Shown piece after piece: positions 29,152 through 38,816 of a stretch of DNA of 64,000 nucleotides (positions are counted from its first letter, which is position 1; the number at the start of each line of letters is the position of its first letter). Location of the stretch: NCBI GenBank assembly GCA_963806645.1, contig CAWDYQ010000005.1, positions 79,778-143,777 of the forward strand, written 5' to 3'. The stretch is from Candidatus Bathyarchaeota archaeon. Its GTDB lineage: Archaea; Thermoproteota; Bathyarchaeia; Bathyarchaeales; Bathyarchaeaceae. Below the pieces are notes generated by a model. It had not been told where the DNA came from. It ran no database searches and saw nothing but the letters and a program-made list of their open reading frames with translations. Both the position numbers and the translations under genes were made by a program.

Positions 29152-29218
29152 AGTTAAGCTCCTTTAAACCAAATTTTACAACAGCACATTTAAAACAAAA
29201 AGTTTTTCACAGAAATTT

Positions 29219-29599
29219 CTATTTGGGGATTTCAAAATGAGAATTTTTTCCTGCACTTATGTACTCTCCCCCAAGTTCGCGGACAACAGAAGCAATTTTG
29301 GCGAAATTGTCAGACCCTAGAAATCTCTTAGGTTTTACAATAATGTAGCTTCCCATCTCTTCAAAAAGGAGCATACCCGCAATTTCTGGAGAAAATATCT
29401 GCTTAACCTCATTTAATCCTCGCTTTTTGCTTGAGGGTGAAGGAGATACTGGTGGTGGAGTGACTTTTGTTTCGCTTATATTTTTAAGTGACTTAGAAAC
29501 ATCAGAGAGATCTCCTGAGATTACATTCAGAACGCTTAGAAGTTCATCGACTTTTCTGGCTAAATCTTCAATGTTTACTTTCTCTGCCTTCATCAACAA
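29219..29599 (-). CDS. hypothetical protein (coiled-coil N-terminus, Pro/Ser linker, small C-terminal domain)
   Basis: 126-aa track ORF with a TPPPVSPSPSS linker. The C-terminus reads FLGSDNFAKIASVVRELGGEYISAGKNSHFEIPK. Family not recognised. Confidence 0.55.
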   Translation of the reverse strand: MLMKAEKVNIEDLARKVDELLSVLNVISGDLSDVSKSLKNISETKVTPPPVSPSPSSKKRGLNEVKQIFSPEIAGMLLFEEMGSYIIVKPKRFLGSDNFAKIASVVRELGGEYISAGKNSHFEIPK

Positions 29600-29800
29600 C
29601 CTGCTCCATACAACTCTTTACCGTGAAGTTATTCATTTGTTTTATCCTAAATTACAATAATGTTAAAGTATTTAATGCCATAATTGCAGATCGATTCCCC
29701 TGACTATATCAGAGCTTAAACATTATTCATGACTTCAATAAAAAATGTCAAATGTTTTAACATTAAATAATTGAGGAGCAACTATTTTGGTAGGAAAGAA

Positions 29801-30840
29801 ATGTTAGAGATTGACGGAAGTCAAAAGAGCGGCAGCGGAACGATATTACGGTTATCCATCGCACTTGCAGGTATCCTGGAAGAACCATTACACATTTTCA
29901 ATATACGTCACCGACGCAGCAAGCCTGGATTGAGGCCTCAACACCTTGAATCAGTTAATACAGCAGCAAAATTGTGTAATGCAGAAACTGAAGGGGCAGT
30001 GCTTGGTTCTAGGGAATTGTGGTTCAAACCAAATGGAATTGTAAACGGTGAGGTTAATGCAGAGATAGGGTACTGCTGGGAGTATTCCAATGCTGCTGCT
30101 AACTGTCTTGCCTATATGTGCTTACGCTAAGGGGGACGTAAGGGTTCATGTCGTTAACGGCGGCACAGACGTACGCCATGCACCAACGATTAATTATCTA
30201 AATTATGTACTCTTGCCAATGCTTGAACGAATGGGATTGAAATCTTCTTTAACAATCAAAAAGTTCGGATATTACCCAAAGGGGATGGGAGAGGTCATTT
30301 TGAATGTCTACAAAAATTCAAAACTTACATCTCTGCGATTAGAAAATTTCGGAGAAATAGAAGAAGTTGGAGGCATTTCCGTTTGCACTTTCTTGGAAAA
30401 ACAAAAGGTATCAGAGAGACAAGCTGTAACAGCCAAGAACATCCTGAAAAACATCGGTTACACTCCGAGACATCCAAGTCGTTAATGATAAATCCAATCC
30501 TCAGCAAAAGGGCAGTTCCTTGGTTTTATGGGCAAAAACAAACAAAGGTGTTCTATTGGGAGGAGATGCTATTGGAGAACTACGAAAATCTAGCGAAGCA
30601 GTAGGCAGAGAAGCCGCCGAAAACCTATTGAAAGAAACCAAGCAAAAAGCTACGGTGGATGAACATCTTGCGGACATGTTAGTGCCTTACATCGCTTTGG
30701 CAAACGGAAAATCAGCATACTTAACCAGAACGTTAACCGAACATTTAGATACAAACATCTGGCTTGTTGAAAAAATTTTGGACATAAAAATTCAAACAAC
30801 AAGAGTTGGAAACCTAATTCAAGTTGAAAAAGTAAAATAG
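29801..30840 (+). CDS. rtcA: RNA 3'-terminal phosphate cyclase, split in three ORFs
   Basis: MLEIDGSQKSGSGTILRLSIALAGILEEPLHIFNIRHRRSKPGLRPQHL is the RtcA N-terminus. It continues as GSIPMLLLTVLPICAYAKGDVRVHVVNGGTDVRHAPTINYL and then ...VDEHLADMLVPYIALANG in shifted frames. Confidence 0.85.
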
Positions 30841-30888
30841 TAAAGATTATAAGCGCCTGTTCTTGCTCAGCATTAATAGGGATAATTT

Positions 30889-31853
30889 CGTGAATTTATG
30901 GAAACTTCGTGTCTCGCTAATAGGAACATTAAGCCCTAATAATTGGACTATCAACACTCTTTTTTACTGTTATCCTATCCTTGGCAGGCGTTAGCATAAT
31001 TTTCATGCCATTGATAGTTGTAATCTTTAACATCATCCAATGGCTAATCGCCCCATACCTCATAGATGCAATGTATAGAGTAAAAGAAGTAAAACCCCAA
31101 GAAGATCCACAATTGTATGATATGGTAGAACGACTAAGTAAACAAAGTAAAATCAAAAAACCGAAACTAATGAAAGCAAAAATGCCAATACCAAATGCTT
31201 TTGCATATAGTTCTCCACTTACTGGTAGCAAAGTTGCAGTTACCACTGGACTTCTAGAAAACCTTGACACCGAAGAAGTGGAGGCAGTAATCGGACATGA
31301 ATTAGGTCATCTTAAACACAGAGATGTCCAGGTTATGATGTTCGTTTCTATATTACCAGCTATCTTTTACTTCATAGGTTACTCAATGCTTCTCTCATCA
31401 ATGTTTGGTCGAAGAGATAGTAGAGACAGCGGAGGAACCGCCATCATCGGTATTGCAAGTATGCTTCTCTACTGGATATTGACACTTTTCACCCTTTACC
31501 TAAGCAGAATACGTGAATACTATGCAGACCGCCATAGCGCATCAATTGTCGAAGACGGATCACGCAAACTCAGTGAAGGTCTAGCAAAAATTGTAAACTC
31601 AACACACAACATGAAAAAAGGCCGACGCGATAAAGGAGGGTCAACCTCTTTTAAAGCCCTATTCATCTCAGACCCAGACAGGTCAGAATTAGATGCTGCA
31701 GCATTATCGCAACTAGGACGAGGAATGGGTGACAGAAGACTTGTCGAACAGGTCCTACAGAAAAAAGTAACAACATTCGACAAAATAATGGAAGTCTTTT
31801 CTACACACCCTAACATAGTAAAACGACTTAGAGCTCTTCAAGAACTCTCTTAA
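30889..31853 (+). CDS. htpX: HtpX-like M48 zinc metalloprotease, frame break near 30930
   Basis: HELGHLKHRD (HExxH) and four TM helices. The upstream GTG 30889 frame VNLWKLRVSLIGTL is the usual HtpX N-terminus but lies in another frame from the track ORF 30981..31853. Confidence 0.8.
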
Positions 31854-31907
31854 TCAAAAAATTGGATAAATAATGATTTGTTCTCTTTTTTCTTTACAAT
31901 ATAAGAC

Positions 31908-32090
31908 TTAGAATGTGGAAAGCATCTTTTTTAGCGATTCTGCCTCTTCTCGAAGCACAGCAACTTCACATTCTAAAGCAACAGCTTTTCCTTCTGCCTC
32001 TTTTCTAAGCTCTTTTACCTCTTCTAAGAGCATAGATTTCTCTTTTTCCAGGTTTTCGATCTTCTCTCGCAGATCCTTCAACATTAACAT
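31908..32090 (-). CDS. small coiled-coil protein
   Basis: 60-aa track ORF, Glu/Lys/Leu heptads throughout. The antisense ORF 31915..32097 is Ser/Phe-rich noise. Confidence 0.4.
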   Translation of the reverse strand: MLMLKDLREKIENLEKEKSMLLEEVKELRKEAEGKAVALECEVAVLREEAESLKKMLSTF

Positions 32091-32545
32091 TCACTGAGCC
32101 TCTAATCTAAAAGACGCTCTAAAGCAAATATAATAGTTATTACCAATGATTATACATTGATTTTTTTATTATATCAATTTTGGAAATATTACAAATCATG
32201 AAATATTACTAATTTCGGAAAGATTCAGGCGTAATTTAATAATTGTCAGATAAGAGTTTCCTATAATTTATTTATCATTTTTTTATTAGAATAACTATAT
32301 TTGTACCATATTAGCAAGATTGATTCAACGAGTTTTTGTTGGAAAATAAAGTTTCTGGATGCTAGTGTTTTGGAATAAAACAAAATACTTCTACTAGTAA
32401 ATGTTTCATTTCTAAGTCTCTGGTACTTTCTGTACTTCTAGTATATTAGCTAAACAATAAACAATCTTTCATTGTACAAGGAATAATCTGATGGTTCTGT
32501 TATCTGGTTACAAAAAGAGAAAAGAAAGTGAGATTTTGTTTAGAT

Positions 32546-33025
32546 CTATGTTGTTCTTTTTCTTTTGTAGATTAATGCTAGTAATGTTGCTGTCATGAAT
32601 AATGGTACTATTAGGATTGGTGGAAATTCTGGAATTTGTTGTCCATTTACGTATAACCATCCTGCTTCCCCCTCATAAGATATTTGATGGCATCCAGAAT
32701 TTGGGCCTTCCACTATTGAAAGGCTATCAGCTACAAAGGTACCATATGTTATTATTATGTTTTGATCGGGCAATAGCTGTACAGTGTAATTCTCTCCACT
32801 TTTAGTATTGATTGCTGATATTGTATTTGGAATTTCTAAGCCTGATGGTGGTTCAACAACTCTAAATTCCAAAGAACCAATTCCTAAGTTATTCTCAAGA
32901 AAGTTTGTTCCATAAGCATATACTTTGACCGAGTGCCAAGTTTGCGCACAAGTCAACGGAACAAAAAATAAAGCTGTAACAAGAATCAAAGTTGAAACAC
33001 CAATAAATCCAATTTTCTTATCCAT
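32546..33025 (-). CDS. secreted protein with a PEF-CTERM-like C-terminal sorting signal
   Basis: GGGGAGGTGAAAGA then ATG 33025. MDKKIGFIGVSTLILVTALFFVPLTCAQ is a signal peptide. The C-terminus reads ...QQIPEFPPILIVPLFMTATLLALIYKRKRTT (PEF, TM, basic tail). Confidence 0.6.
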   Translation of the reverse strand: MDKKIGFIGVSTLILVTALFFVPLTCAQTWHSVKVYAYGTNFLENNLGIGSLEFRVVEPPSGLEIPNTISAINTKSGENYTVQLLPDQNIIITYGTFVADSLSIVEGPNSGCHQISYEGEAGWLYVNGQQIPEFPPILIVPLFMTATLLALIYKRKRTT

Positions 33026-33090
33026 TCTTTCACCTCCCCTTGATGAATAACAAAAAAATGTTTTGTCTCTATTGATATTTAAAATTGGGT

Positions 33091-33114
33091 TGGGTGTACG
33101 TACCACCCACCCAC
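33091..33114. promoter_or_regulatory. GC-rich palindromic box, copy 1 (putative TrmB-type operator)
   Basis: TGGGTGTACGTACCACCCACCCAC. It lies 8 nt from ATATTTAA (33075-33082; TTAAATAT on the minus strand), about 65-90 nt upstream of ATG 33025, and 2 nt after the stop of the TrmB-like gene. Confidence 0.5.
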
Positions 33115-33115
33115 T

Positions 33116-33436
33116 TCAAAAATCACTGTTCCAACTAACGAGAAGTTCATTCTTACTTTTTTCCATAAAATTTGCTTGTTCCTTCTCTCTATTAATTAAG
33201 AGTTCTAGTGCTTCTTCAAAAGGTAAAGCAGAAAACGATATTCCGTCTTTATTGATTAATTCTTTAATTATTAAATTCTTAAGACTAGTAGAGATTTCAT
33301 GTTTAGAATAATTCAAAGTCCCAACTAAATCCACTACTTTTTGTGGACCTTTCTTGGAAATATAAACATAAATCTCAGCCTCTGTTCTTGTTAGTCCAAG
33401 ACTGATTAGTGCTTTTATTACTCGTTCTAAACTCAT
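33116..33436 (-). CDS. small TrmB-like HTH transcriptional regulator
   Basis: MSLERVIKALISLGLTRTEAEIYVYISKKGPQKVVDLVGTLNYSKHEISTSLKNLIIKELI matches the TrmB N-terminal wHTH pattern. I prefer ATG 33436 to the track start 33550, which overlaps the upstream gene. Confidence 0.65.
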   Translation of the reverse strand: MSLERVIKALISLGLTRTEAEIYVYISKKGPQKVVDLVGTLNYSKHEISTSLKNLIIKELINKDGISFSALPFEEALELLINREKEQANFMEKSKNELLVSWNSDF

Positions 33437-33455
33437 GTTATCACATCTTTTTCTG

Positions 33456-33473
33456 AAAAAAAGAAAAAAGGGG
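33456..33473 (-). terminator. oligo-T signal after the 33502..34519 gene
   Basis: The minus strand reads CCCCTTTTTTCTTTTTTT about 30 nt after the stop at 33502. Confidence 0.4.
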
Positions 33474-33501
33474 AAGAATAGAGATTGGAAAGTCTTCACA
33501 G

Positions 33502-34519
33502 TTATGGCTTTAGGAAGCCCCACCATGTGATAGGCCCAAATTCTATCCAATCATGCCCAGCCTTAATTGTTTGTCCTCTAAAAGCCCCAGTTCCTCTCAG
33601 GAATGCACTTGCTTTAGCTCTGTCATAAAATGGTGGAGTAGATTCAGTGGGAGCAATGTAGCCTTCGATAATAATTAGAGCTTTGCCTCTAAAAGTTCCT
33701 CCATCAATGTTAAACACGTATTTATCCCAAATCACAAGACCAACTCCAACATCTTGTGGTGTAATCAGAACCTTCCTCTTAGCATCAGCTGTTCCAGTAT
33801 AAGTTGGAACCCCATTAACATCAATTGTAATATCATAAGTCACTTCTGTAATTCGAAATATTTTGCCATTGTCTTTAATTTTCTCATAGATAATCTTTGA
33901 GACTGCATTAGAGAAATGTACGATAATTGGCGTGGGCCAACATTTTATTTTGCCTTCTCTGGTTAAATGTCGTATGTTTGCGCCTTCCGGGTCTTCAACA
34001 TAACCTGTAGATTCACCGGATATTTTGACTTTCTTTAGTGCCCCTGTCCCATATCCATAGAATTTTCCTTCGCTAAGTCCTGTTGTCATATCAACAATAT
34101 CTTTTACAATAAGAATTAGTGAACTTCCGTCAGCAAATGTGATTATGTCTTTGACATATACGTAAGATTTTTGGTTCACAAAATCAGCATCTGCATCAAT
34201 TATGCTATCATAATCATCAGGTACCTAAAGAAACCATTTCATATTCGTCATCTCCAGGCACTCCAAGCTGAAGTGATATTAAATCAGGAATCCAATCTGC
34301 ACCCTTGACATGCAACCATTCAGAATCAGGTGGAACTGTTCCTTCTGGTTCAAAAGTTCTTGTACCACCAACGGTATCTGCAGCACCGGACATTTCCAAT
34401 TTAAAATAGAGTTTATCACATCTTCTGCATCGTTTTGCTTCCACAACTCCAAGTAATGGTGAAGTTACAAGAACTAGTGTTAGAATAGTAATTGTCAACA
34501 TTCCAATTTTTTTATTCAT
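33502..34519 (-). CDS. secreted protein of unknown function (about 335 aa), one frame break near 34216
   Basis: GGGGGAGGTGAAAAA then ATG 34519. MNKKIGMLTITILTLVLVTSPLLGVVEA is a signal peptide. ORF 34217..34519 ends ...VSLGT*, and a 1-nt shift reads on as PDDYDSIIDADADFVNQKSYVYV... into ORF 33502..34179. Confidence 0.6.
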
Positions 34520-34624
34520 TTTTTCACCTCCCCCATGATGGATTATCCCTCTGATGGTTTGATCAGATTTTCTTTCTGATCTTCGATAGTTTCTTATGTG
34601 AAAAAATCATATTTAAGAACTAGC

Positions 34625-34647
34625 TGGGTGTACGTACACCCACCCAC
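34625..34647. promoter_or_regulatory. GC-rich palindromic box, copy 2 (perfect 16-bp palindrome GGGTGTACGTACACCC)
   Basis: TGGGTGTACGTACACCCACCCAC. It lies 8 nt from ATATTTAA (34609-34616), between the divergent genes 34519(-) and 34668(+). Confidence 0.5.
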
Positions 34648-34667
34648 TTACGATTTGGGGATAAAGA

Positions 34668-35129
34668 TTGAAGGGGACAATCAAAAAAACATTACGAGAT
34701 TTTGGTTTATCTGAAAAAGAAGTAGACATTTATATTCTTTTAGGAAAAAAGTGTCCCTTAAAAAGTGGAGAAATAGCTAAACAACTAAAACTAAACAAGG
34801 GTCAAGTTTATAGAAAATTAAAAAGTCTTCAAAAGAAAGGAGTTATTGAATCTACTCTAGAGTATCCTACAAGATATACTGCAGTTGAATTTGAGAAGAT
34901 TATTGACTCTTTTATTAAATCCAAAAGAGAAGAAGTTGATCAGATAGAAGAATCAAAGGATGATTTATTGTCTGATTGGAAGAAAATCAGTCAAACAGAA
35001 CTTGAATCTTCATTAGAACGATTTTCTGTAATTGAAGGAGAAAAAAAGATATTTCAAAAAATCTCTCAAATGATCAAAGAAACACAAAACACAGTTTTTG
35101 TCAATATCAAGTGTTTATGGTTTACTTAG
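34668..35129 (+). CDS. TrmB-family transcriptional regulator, intact N-terminal part
   Basis: LRDFGLSEKEVDIYILLGKKCPLKSGEIAKQLKLNKGQVYRKLKSLQKKGVIESTLEYPTRYTAVEFEKIIDSFI is the TrmB wHTH plus dimerisation helix. TTG start. Confidence 0.7.
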   Translation: MKGTIKKTLRDFGLSEKEVDIYILLGKKCPLKSGEIAKQLKLNKGQVYRKLKSLQKKGVIESTLEYPTRYTAVEFEKIIDSFIKSKREEVDQIEESKDDLLSDWKKISQTELESSLERFSVIEGEKKIFQKISQMIKETQNTVFVNIKCLWFT

Positions 35130-35860
35130 AGCAGATCATTATGGAATCTTTGAAAATATTCTAAACCATCCATTACACTCAAGCAATTAAAATTTAGATT
35201 TCTTAACCCAACTAACTCAAAAAACGATCTGAAACCAATAAAGACACTTTTATCGAAAGATTGAAGTCTGGATCTGATTTTAAGGGAAGAGATCCTGAAA
35301 GAAATTCAACAATATTCGCCAAGAATGGTAATCAAAGACAACGAAGAAATATTATTGTTTATTTCAGATGAGAATGATTCTTCAACAAGAAAAATTGAAA
35401 CTGTTTTGTGCACAAATTGTCAGAAGTATCATTAAATCATTTACGTCTGTTTTTGAAGATTTATGGAATGAAGTCATCAGATCTCAGAAAAAAGGATTGT
35501 TGAACTTGAAACTGGAAAACCACCACCTGTCATGGAGTTGATAAAAGATCCGAAAACTGGCAAGAAACAATATATTATGATGCATTAGATCAAGCAAGAA
35601 AAGAGATTCTGATTGTTACTTCTCCTAAACGTACTGATTGAGAATATCAAAGAATATTGACTGGTAAGAAAATGGTGTAAAAAAGGGGTTTCAGACAAAA
35701 ATAATGGCGCCAATTACAACTGAAAATCTGAAGGCTACCCAAAAGCTATTGTCATGCAGTGAAGTTAGGCATATTCCTGTTGGTTATAGGGAAACAACAA
35801 TAATTGATGAACAAGAAACTTTTTCAATTTAACAAACCTCTGCTCATCAGACTTTGATAA
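35130..35860 (+). pseudogene. frame-scrambled continuation of the TrmB-like gene (C-terminal domain remnants)
   Basis: No ORF of 60 aa or more, yet consecutive pieces in changing frames read like a TrmB C-terminal domain: SISSVYGLLRADHYGIFENIL; ILREEILKEIQQYSPRMVIKDNEEILLFISDENDSSTRKIETVLCTNCQ; SIIKSFTSVFEDLWNE; DALDQARKEILIVTSPKRTD; MAPITTENLKATQKLLSCSEVRHIPVGYRETTIIDEQETFSI. Confidence 0.45.
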
Positions 35861-36049
35861 GATTGTGAAGTATTAAATTTAGAAAATGTATTTTTCACTA
35901 ATGATCTAGATTATATTAACCAAACGAAAAAAATACTTTTTAATCTTTGGGAAAAAACAAGGAATCCCCAACTTAATGAAATAGAATCAAGAATTGAATC
36001 TTCTAAAACATCAAATCACACAACAATTGAAAAAACTCGCCATTATATC

Positions 36050-36748
36050 ATGAAAAGAATAAGTCTATTTCAGGACTTTAAAGAAAAAAAGAATAAATAT
36101 TCAGAAAAAGATATCTTAAAAAAATTCCAAACTACTAAAAAAGTTTATTTACCCAAATCTAAAAAAGATTTTTCATCAATAACTGCCAGGTACTTTGGAG
36201 CTGCAGCGTTTTCAATCATTCATCCACCCAAAGAATTGAATCTTCCAGATTTTATTATTGGGGTTTGGGATTTTAATGATAAATCGACATTTGGAAAAAA
36301 TGATTTAATGCATATTTATTTACCGACTAAGGAAAAAAATAATAGTTTATTTGATATTGCTGCAATTGTTCAAAACAATCCCAGTTCTTATGAATTTCGA
36401 AAAAATGTTTTTAGAGGAACAAATATACCAAATTATATTCATTTAGTTGAAAAAGATAAATTCAACGTAATTACAAAAGGAAATACACTTTTTGTAGGTT
36501 GGACATTTTCAATTTCTTTAATTGACTCAAAATACGTAATTCCTCCATCTTGTGTTCTTTTTGAAGGTTATGGTAATGTTGAATCTGGTGAATTGACAAC
36601 TCATTTTCCTTATGGTCGAAGATATGAAGCTGTGCATAATACTTTTGATGCATTTACCACATATTTCCATTCATCTTCAAAATATTCTGGACCTGGAACT
36701 GAAGCTTACATTAGTAGAGAATTTTTATTAACAGCCCATCCTGCTTAA
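36050..36748 (+). CDS. hypothetical protein, possibly the C-terminal part of the preceding TrmB-like gene
   Basis: 232-aa track ORF. The same frame is open from 35861 (…ENVFFTNDLDYINQTKKILFNLWEKT...) with no start codon there, so it may continue the upstream gene. Confidence 0.45.
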   Translation: MKRISLFQDFKEKKNKYSEKDILKKFQTTKKVYLPKSKKDFSSITARYFGAAAFSIIHPPKELNLPDFIIGVWDFNDKSTFGKNDLMHIYLPTKEKNNSLFDIAAIVQNNPSSYEFRKNVFRGTNIPNYIHLVEKDKFNVITKGNTLFVGWTFSISLIDSKYVIPPSCVLFEGYGNVESGELTTHFPYGRRYEAVHNTFDAFTTYFHSSSKYSGPGTEAYISREFLLTAHPA

Positions 36749-36749
36749 A

Positions 36750-37301
36750 TTATTTAGTGGATATCCTTGAATAAATTTTGTATCCAAAAAAGCCACCTAT
36801 GATTGAACCACCAATTATCCAAGGAAGCATAATTATAACGATGTTTGTAAAAGCCTCAACTACTTGTTGTGACAAGAATAGTGGAAAAAATTGTATCTGA
36901 AGGAAAGGAAGAACTAGAAAGAAAAATAATGCTGATAGAATGGACCAAAATACTAGTTTGTCATCTTTTTTGAACAGATTATATATACTATTCAATATCA
37001 AATCTGCTGGAAATCCTGCTAAAATCAATACTAATCGAGGAAATATGTCATAAGGTGGTCCTCCTAAAGTTGTTGGGAATGTTAATATTGCAACTAATAG
37101 ATTATGCACAAAAAATCTCCATCTTCTTCCTTCAAATAGCAAAAATGTTAGACTGACAAATAATGCCATACCAAATGTGAAAATATAGTTAGACCCAACA
37201 ATCCCAGTTATTATTGTTGCGTTTTGAAAAATTAAGAATGTGAATATAAAAACAACGACTGCTGTCACAATTACAAGTGCAATATCTCTGCTACTCCACA
37301 C
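36750..37301 (-). CDS. polytopic membrane protein (5-6 TM)
   Basis: 183 aa and hydrophobic throughout. Family not recognised (ECF S-component-like size). Confidence 0.6.
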   Translation of the reverse strand: MWSSRDIALVIVTAVVVFIFTFLIFQNATIITGIVGSNYIFTFGMALFVSLTFLLFEGRRWRFFVHNLLVAILTFPTTLGGPPYDIFPRLVLILAGFPADLILNSIYNLFKKDDKLVFWSILSALFFFLVLPFLQIQFFPLFLSQQVVEAFTNIVIIMLPWIIGGSIIGGFFGYKIYSRISTK

Positions 37302-37514
37302 TAATATTATCCCCTTTTAATGGCAAAGTGCTATTGTTTCAGTGAATATAATATTTTTCAACATTAGTTGACCTTATTTTGATAATTAGAAAGCATAACC
37401 CCAACCTGTAAAAAAACTAAGCCATCAGGGGGAGATAAACTAAGTTTTCAGATTGGGATACCAGTATATTGAATATGAAGTTTTAATATATGAATGTTGT
37501 TCTACATCAAATAA

Positions 37515-38258
37515 ATGTCTTTAAAGAATTCACTTGACATAAAAAATAATAGTTATTACAGCCTAAACCATAATCCAGAAACAGACACATCAACTGAAAC
37601 AAAACTTAATTTTGGAAGTAAGAACGCTTTGAGAAAAATTGATCGTAAAGACTGTCCCCCAAACTCAGAAGATAGTTTAACATTCGAAATTCCCTCTTGG
37701 GACCAAACATACAGCCTTCTACTTGAACTTGCAAATGCAGTACAAAAGAGCGGGTTTAAACCAGATATAATAGTGGGAATCTCCAGAGGTGGATGGATTC
37801 CAGCAAGGATAATTTCTGATTTGCTAGAGATTCCAAAATTAGCCAATATAGCTGTAGAATTTTATGTGGGCGTTGCCAAAACCAAACTTAAACCAGTTAT
37901 CACTCAACCAGTCTCGGTTTTAGTTGAAAACAAGAAAGTTCTTATTGTTGACGATTTGGCAGACACAGGAAAGAGTCTACGTCTTGTAAACTCACATCTA
38001 ATGGCGAAAGGCGCTTCGGAGATTAAGATAGCAACAATCTACTACAAACCATGGAGCTCTCTTGTTCCACATTTCTACCAAAAAGAAACCCAAAACTGGG
38101 TAGTTTTTCCATGGGAAAGAAAAGAAACAACCAGAAAGATTATTGAAGATTACAAGAATGAGGGCAAAAGCATTGAATATTTTAAAGAAAAACTAATCAG
38201 TTTCGGATTAAACAAAGAACTAACAGAACGGTTCTTCAAAGAAATCTTCGGTGAATAA
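37515..38258 (+). CDS. type I phosphoribosyltransferase (purine PRTase-like) with an N-terminal extension of about 55 aa
   Basis: KPDIIVGISRGGWIPARIISDLL and the PRPP motif VLIVDDLADTGKSL, then VVFPWE. Paralog of 42359..43012. Confidence 0.75.
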   Translation: MSLKNSLDIKNNSYYSLNHNPETDTSTETKLNFGSKNALRKIDRKDCPPNSEDSLTFEIPSWDQTYSLLLELANAVQKSGFKPDIIVGISRGGWIPARIISDLLEIPKLANIAVEFYVGVAKTKLKPVITQPVSVLVENKKVLIVDDLADTGKSLRLVNSHLMAKGASEIKIATIYYKPWSSLVPHFYQKETQNWVVFPWERKETTRKIIEDYKNEGKSIEYFKEKLISFGLNKELTERFFKEIFGE

Positions 38259-38260
38259 TC

Positions 38261-38816
38261 ATGACTCAACTCAATGAACGGATCACTATAATCGGTTTTA
38301 GGAACGTAAAAATAGAAAACATTAACACATTTCTTGAAACTTTTAGAAACGAAAACAAAAATGTCCCGATTCAATTTTTTAACGCCAAATATATTGCAAG
38401 TTCTGAACACCTTTTCTTTGCAGCCCTGAACGCACTTAATTCATTTGACAAAAAAACCAATATATCAAATAATCTGGCTGTTGAGGCTCTTCTTTACGCT
38501 TCTGCCCAAAGACAGATAAAAAAAGCTGTGAAGATGTTGGGAATTAAGCAAGACTCTTTGGAAGTTGCAGTTCTAATATTAACAGAAAGCAGTTCCCAAA
38601 AAAATGAATTTTTGAAATTAATTAATAATATTATTTCTGGTGAACGAGGATGACAGTGTGCTAGATCTTACAGACGAAAAATTCTGGAATATTAAACAAT
38701 TATTCGAAATCTCAGATCTAGAATTAGAAGCTAAACTGCAGAAAGAAGGACAAGAAAAGCAAGCCTTAATTGATCTCGTTATCGAGCACATGGCATTATT
38801 AGGCACTAAAAGTTAA
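38261..38816 (+). CDS. cgi121: KEOPS complex subunit Cgi121, one frame break near 38645
   Basis: LLYASAQRQIKKAVKMLGIK...VAVLIL...ISGE, then after a 1-nt shift EDDSVLDLTDEKFWNIKQLFEISDLE...ALIDLVIEHMALLGTKS*. This parallels archaeal Cgi121 (asGQRQI..A and GGEIDDSVL motifs as I recall them). Confidence 0.7.
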
